Shown here: positions 61,334 through 64,000 of the stretch, in pieces | Position numbering within the stretch: the stretch's first letter is position 1 | How the letters are laid out: the number at the start of each line of letters is the position of its first letter | Assembly (NCBI GenBank): GCA_028864975.1 | Contig: JAGWLG010000001.1 | Location: forward strand, 1-64,000 | Direction of reading: 5' to 3' | Source of the DNA: Thermoplasmata archaeon | GTDB taxonomy: Archaea > Thermoplasmatota > Thermoplasmata > Lutacidiplasmatales > UBA184 | Length of the DNA: 64,000 nucleotides | Made by a program: the position numbers and the translations under genes | Notes under the pieces: model-generated | The model's database searches: none | Told to the model about the DNA's origin: nothing | Seen by the model: the letters and a program-made list of their open reading frames with translations, nothing else

Positions 61334-63607
61334 TCAAGGTGACTGCGGCGCCCAGGCAGGGGGTGGCTCCGCCATGGGCGCTCCCGGGGGAGGACCCTCC
61401 TGAGGGGGCCAGGGGGCGGACTCGGGCCCGTAGGGGGGACCGGGGGGCGCCGCGGGCGGACCCGGTGGGACCACTTCCATAGGAGATGGCGGGGGCCCGA
61501 CCACGGGGGTCTGGCCCGCTCCTGAGCCGTTGCGCTTCCTGCGAGATAGCAGTAGTACCACGACCGCGCCGACGGCCACGCCAAGGACCGCGCCGAGCAG
61601 GAAGACCCAGGAGTAGTTCATCAGGTCCTGGACGAAACCCTGGCTTCCAGAAGGGGTCGGCGAACCGGAGCTTGCGGGTGCCACGACACGAAGCACCGAG
61701 GTCGAGCGGGCCTGAGCACCCAGTCCGTCCGTGACCAGGAGACTGAAGGTGAAATTGCCCGCGCCCGTTGGGGTGAAGGAGATCGAGGGGCTCAAGCCGT
61801 TCGAGAGCGCCGTTCCGTTGAGCGACCAGGCATACGAGAGGGAGCCCCAGCCGCCCTTCACCGCGCTGTCGAGGTTCACGGTCGTGTGGGGGAGGGTGAA
61901 GTTGGACGAAAGGGCGGTGGTCACGCTGAGCGCGGCCGTCACGTCCACCCACACGGATGCGCTCGCGGAACTCCCGGTCGAGTCGTTGAACCAGACCGTC
62001 GCGGTGTAGTTCCTGGGGAGCGCATAGACGTGTGTCGCGTTCCGCGTGAGACCGATGTTCCCGTCGCCGAACTCCCAGAAGTACGTGAACGGCCCGGTCC
62101 CTCCTGAGCCGACCGAGGTGAACCCGACCGTCGTCGCACCCTCTCCCACGGGGGGAGTGCGCGAAAGGGCGACGGTAGGTGCAGGAGCTATCGGCACCAC
62201 GACCCAGAGGGAGGTCGCGCGTAGACCGTTCGATGCGTTCACCGAGGCCGTGATGTTGCTCGACCCCGGCACACCTGGGGTGCAGGCAAGGTGCGACGCG
62301 TTGACGGAGGCACACCCGCTCGGTAGCCCGTGCCACCACCAACTGTAGGAACCGTTCCCTCCGGAAGTGTTCGACCAGAGGTTCAGGGTTCCCCCTACGT
62401 CCAACGCCTTGGGGGTCGGAACGGGGGTCGCGATGCGTACGGGAAGTCCGAAGGCCCAGGTCCATGCCAGGTCTGTAGCGCCCTTGCGACCGCCGAAGAG
62501 CAAAGCGTAGCCATCGTGGCCGTCGTAGCTCATCGAGAAGTAGTTCACGGGTCCCGGTGAAAGTGCGAGGGCGAGCTTGGACCAGCCTGGCCCGGTGAAC
62601 GTCCATGAGTCTACGAAACACCCGGCGGCACTGCACCCTCCGTAGAGGAGCAGGTCGCCTTGAGCGGTGTCGAAGGCGAGGCCCGACCCGTACCGGGCAG
62701 CAGGTGCCACCGCGAGACTCCCCGTGAGGTTCGTCCAGTTCCCGCCGCGGAACGCCCAGGTGTCGCCCTGTGGTCGGGTCCCCGTAAGGCCCCCGAAGAG
62801 GACCCCTTCGGCCAGCGCGGGTGCATCCGCGAAGGCCCCCATCGAGCGGCGGATCGGAAGGGGCAAGCTCTGCACGGGCGTCAGGTTGGCCCAGAAGGTC
62901 CCCTTGAGCGCCCAAGTGTCGGAGAGGTCATGGCCCGCGCGGAACCCTCCGAAGAGCACAGGATGCCCATAGGAGGCCACGTAGCTCAGGGCGAACTCGC
63001 CTCGGCCCGACGGCGCTCCCTTGGCCCCCGTAGAGATCTCGGTCCAGCGACCTGCATGGAAGGTCCAGGTGTCGTTGAGCCCACACCCCGACTTCACGTC
63101 GCAGCCCCCGAAGAGGACGAGGAACGGACCGGCCGGGTCGTAGACCAGCCCTCCGTCGCGGCGCGGGATCGGAGCCGCCCCGATCGTGGGGGTCAGGTTC
63201 GTCCAGACCCCGGCCTTGAAGGTCCATGTGTCGTTCAGGAACCCGATCGTTCCTCGCAGTCCTCCGAAGAGCACCGTGTAGCCATCCGAAGGATCGTAGG
63301 CTTCCATCGCCCCGAACCGCGGAGAAGGGGCCGAGGGGAGGCTTGCCGAGAGGTTCATCCAGAGGGGGAGCGGGGTCGCGCTGGGGGTGTCGCGGGCCGA
63401 AGATGCCCCCGATGGGGCCAGCGCCGAGCCCTGGTTCATGGAGAGCCGGTCGGCTCCCAGCCCCGCGCCCCCCTTCGCGTGCTCAAGAGCCGGGTCAAGC
63501 TCGGAGAAGAGGGGGCTGAGGGAGATGACCACGATGAACACGACGAGGGCCTGCTGCACGGACGAGGCAGGAAGGCCTCTCCGGCGCGCCGTCGCGTTCC
63601 CAAGCAC
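61334..63607 (-). CDS. Kelch-repeat plus Ig/PKD surface protein, TM-anchored with Pro-rich tail
   Basis: About six repeats of P.PR.G..[LM]AYD.....LFGG......DTW.F....W; PKD FWEFGDG; TM WVFLLGAVLGVAVGAVVVLLL. Start approximate. Confidence 0.85.
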   Translation of the reverse strand: MLGNATARRRGLPASSVQQALVVFIVVISLSPLFSELDPALEHAKGGAGLGADRLSMNQGSALAPSGASSARDTPSATPLPLWMNLSASLPSAPSPRFGAMEAYDPSDGYTVLFGGLRGTIGFLNDTWTFKAGVWTNLTPTIGAAPIPRRDGGLVYDPAGPFLVLFGGCDVKSGCGLNDTWTFHAGRWTEISTGAKGAPSGRGEFALSYVASYGHPVLFGGFRAGHDLSDTWALKGTFWANLTPVQSLPLPIRRSMGAFADAPALAEGVLFGGLTGTRPQGDTWAFRGGNWTNLTGSLAVAPAARYGSGLAFDTAQGDLLLYGGCSAAGCFVDSWTFTGPGWSKLALALSPGPVNYFSMSYDGHDGYALLFGGRKGATDLAWTWAFGLPVRIATPVPTPKALDVGGTLNLWSNTSGGNGSYSWWWHGLPSGCASVNASHLACTPGVPGSSNITASVNASNGLRATSLWVVVPIAPAPTVALSRTPPVGEGATTVGFTSVGSGGTGPFTYFWEFGDGNIGLTRNATHVYALPRNYTATVWFNDSTGSSASASVWVDVTAALSVTTALSSNFTLPHTTVNLDSAVKGGWGSLSYAWSLNGTALSNGLSPSISFTPTGAGNFTFSLLVTDGLGAQARSTSVLRVVAPASSGSPTPSGSQGFVQDLMNYSWVFLLGAVLGVAVGAVVVLLLSRRKRNGSGAGQTPVVGPPPSPMEVVPPGPPAAPPGPPYGPESAPWPPQEGPPPGAPMAEPPPAWAPQSP

Positions 63608-63729
63608 GCTGATAGATGGAGACTGCTCTGATTTGAGCCCTTGCTCTGGTCCGTTCCGGCCTCCCTGCCCCCTGCGGACTCCCCGGGTCGCGGGAGCTTG
63701 AAAAGGAGCGATGCTCCTACCTATCGGGC

Positions 63730-63846
63730 GCGGGGGTACTCTAGCCCGGTCAAACGTGCTGTTCGCGAGGACAGGAGCGGACCCAAGAGGCAAGGCTTAG
63801 GACCTTGTCGCGCAGGCGTTCGCCGGTTCAAATCCGGCCCCCCGCA
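63730..63846 (+). tRNA. tRNA-Leu(TAG) with a 32-nt intron (63754-63785) at position 21/22
   Basis: After splicing: GCGGGGG/CCCCCGC acceptor, D-stem CTCT/AGAG, anticodon CT-TAG-GA in CAAGG/CCTTG stem, long variable arm, TTCAAAT T-loop. BHB motif GGTC-AAA / GACC-CAA. Confidence 0.9.
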
Positions 63847-63868
63847 TGCCCTCCTCAGCGAGGGCGCG

Positions 63869-64000
63869 CTAGTACAGCGTGAAATCGGTGGTCTGAGAAG
63901 CGGTGTCCCCGGCGTTGTCGGTCACCGTGACCGTCGCGTAGTGGCCTCCCGAAGAGTAGAAGGTGTACTCGACAGAGATGCCTACAGCGCTCCCCCCATC
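63869..64000 (-). CDS. C-terminal fragment of a PKD-domain protein (runs off the window)
   Basis: ...DGGSAVGISVEYTFYSSGGHYATVTVTDNAGDTASQTTDFTLY*; not in the ORF track. Confidence 0.7.
   Translation of the reverse strand, partial: DGGSAVGISVEYTFYSSGGHYATVTVTDNAGDTASQTTDFTLY

Overview
High-GC archaeal chromosome segment; gene content, TATA-box promoters and an A1-U72 tRNA-Gln point to Thermoplasmata, with a soil/acid lineage such as UBA184 being an inference. In order: a partial surface protein; an 11-subunit 'headless' complex I (nuoABCDHIJKLMN, no nuoEFG) whose NuoI carries four 4Fe-4S motifs, followed by a geranylgeranyl reductase and a long-chain polyprenyl synthase; a triple Zn-ribbon/acidic/RGG protein; a nitrilase-family enzyme and a large surface protein; a ~16.4 kb divergent type IV pilus-like locus (ATPase, TadC-like platform, six pilin-like genes, a beta-propeller protein, a 1624-aa pilin-anchored protein, and a palindromic operator candidate); a wHTH/coiled-coil protein; transporters (CPA2, binding-protein-less NitT/TauT ABC, CDF, MscS); tryptophanase; a vapBC mini-island bounded by a duplicated tRNA-Gln 3' end; and three tRNAs. 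The strongest leads are (1) a membrane-anchored lysozyme-like/SLT domain on an Ig-like stalk in an archaeon, (2) the uncharacterised pilus-like system, (3) a tRNA-Leu(UAG) with a D-loop intron at 21/22 and a strict bulge-helix-bulge, and (4) the Zn-ribbon/RGG protein. All family assignments come from motif recognition by eye; no searches were run.
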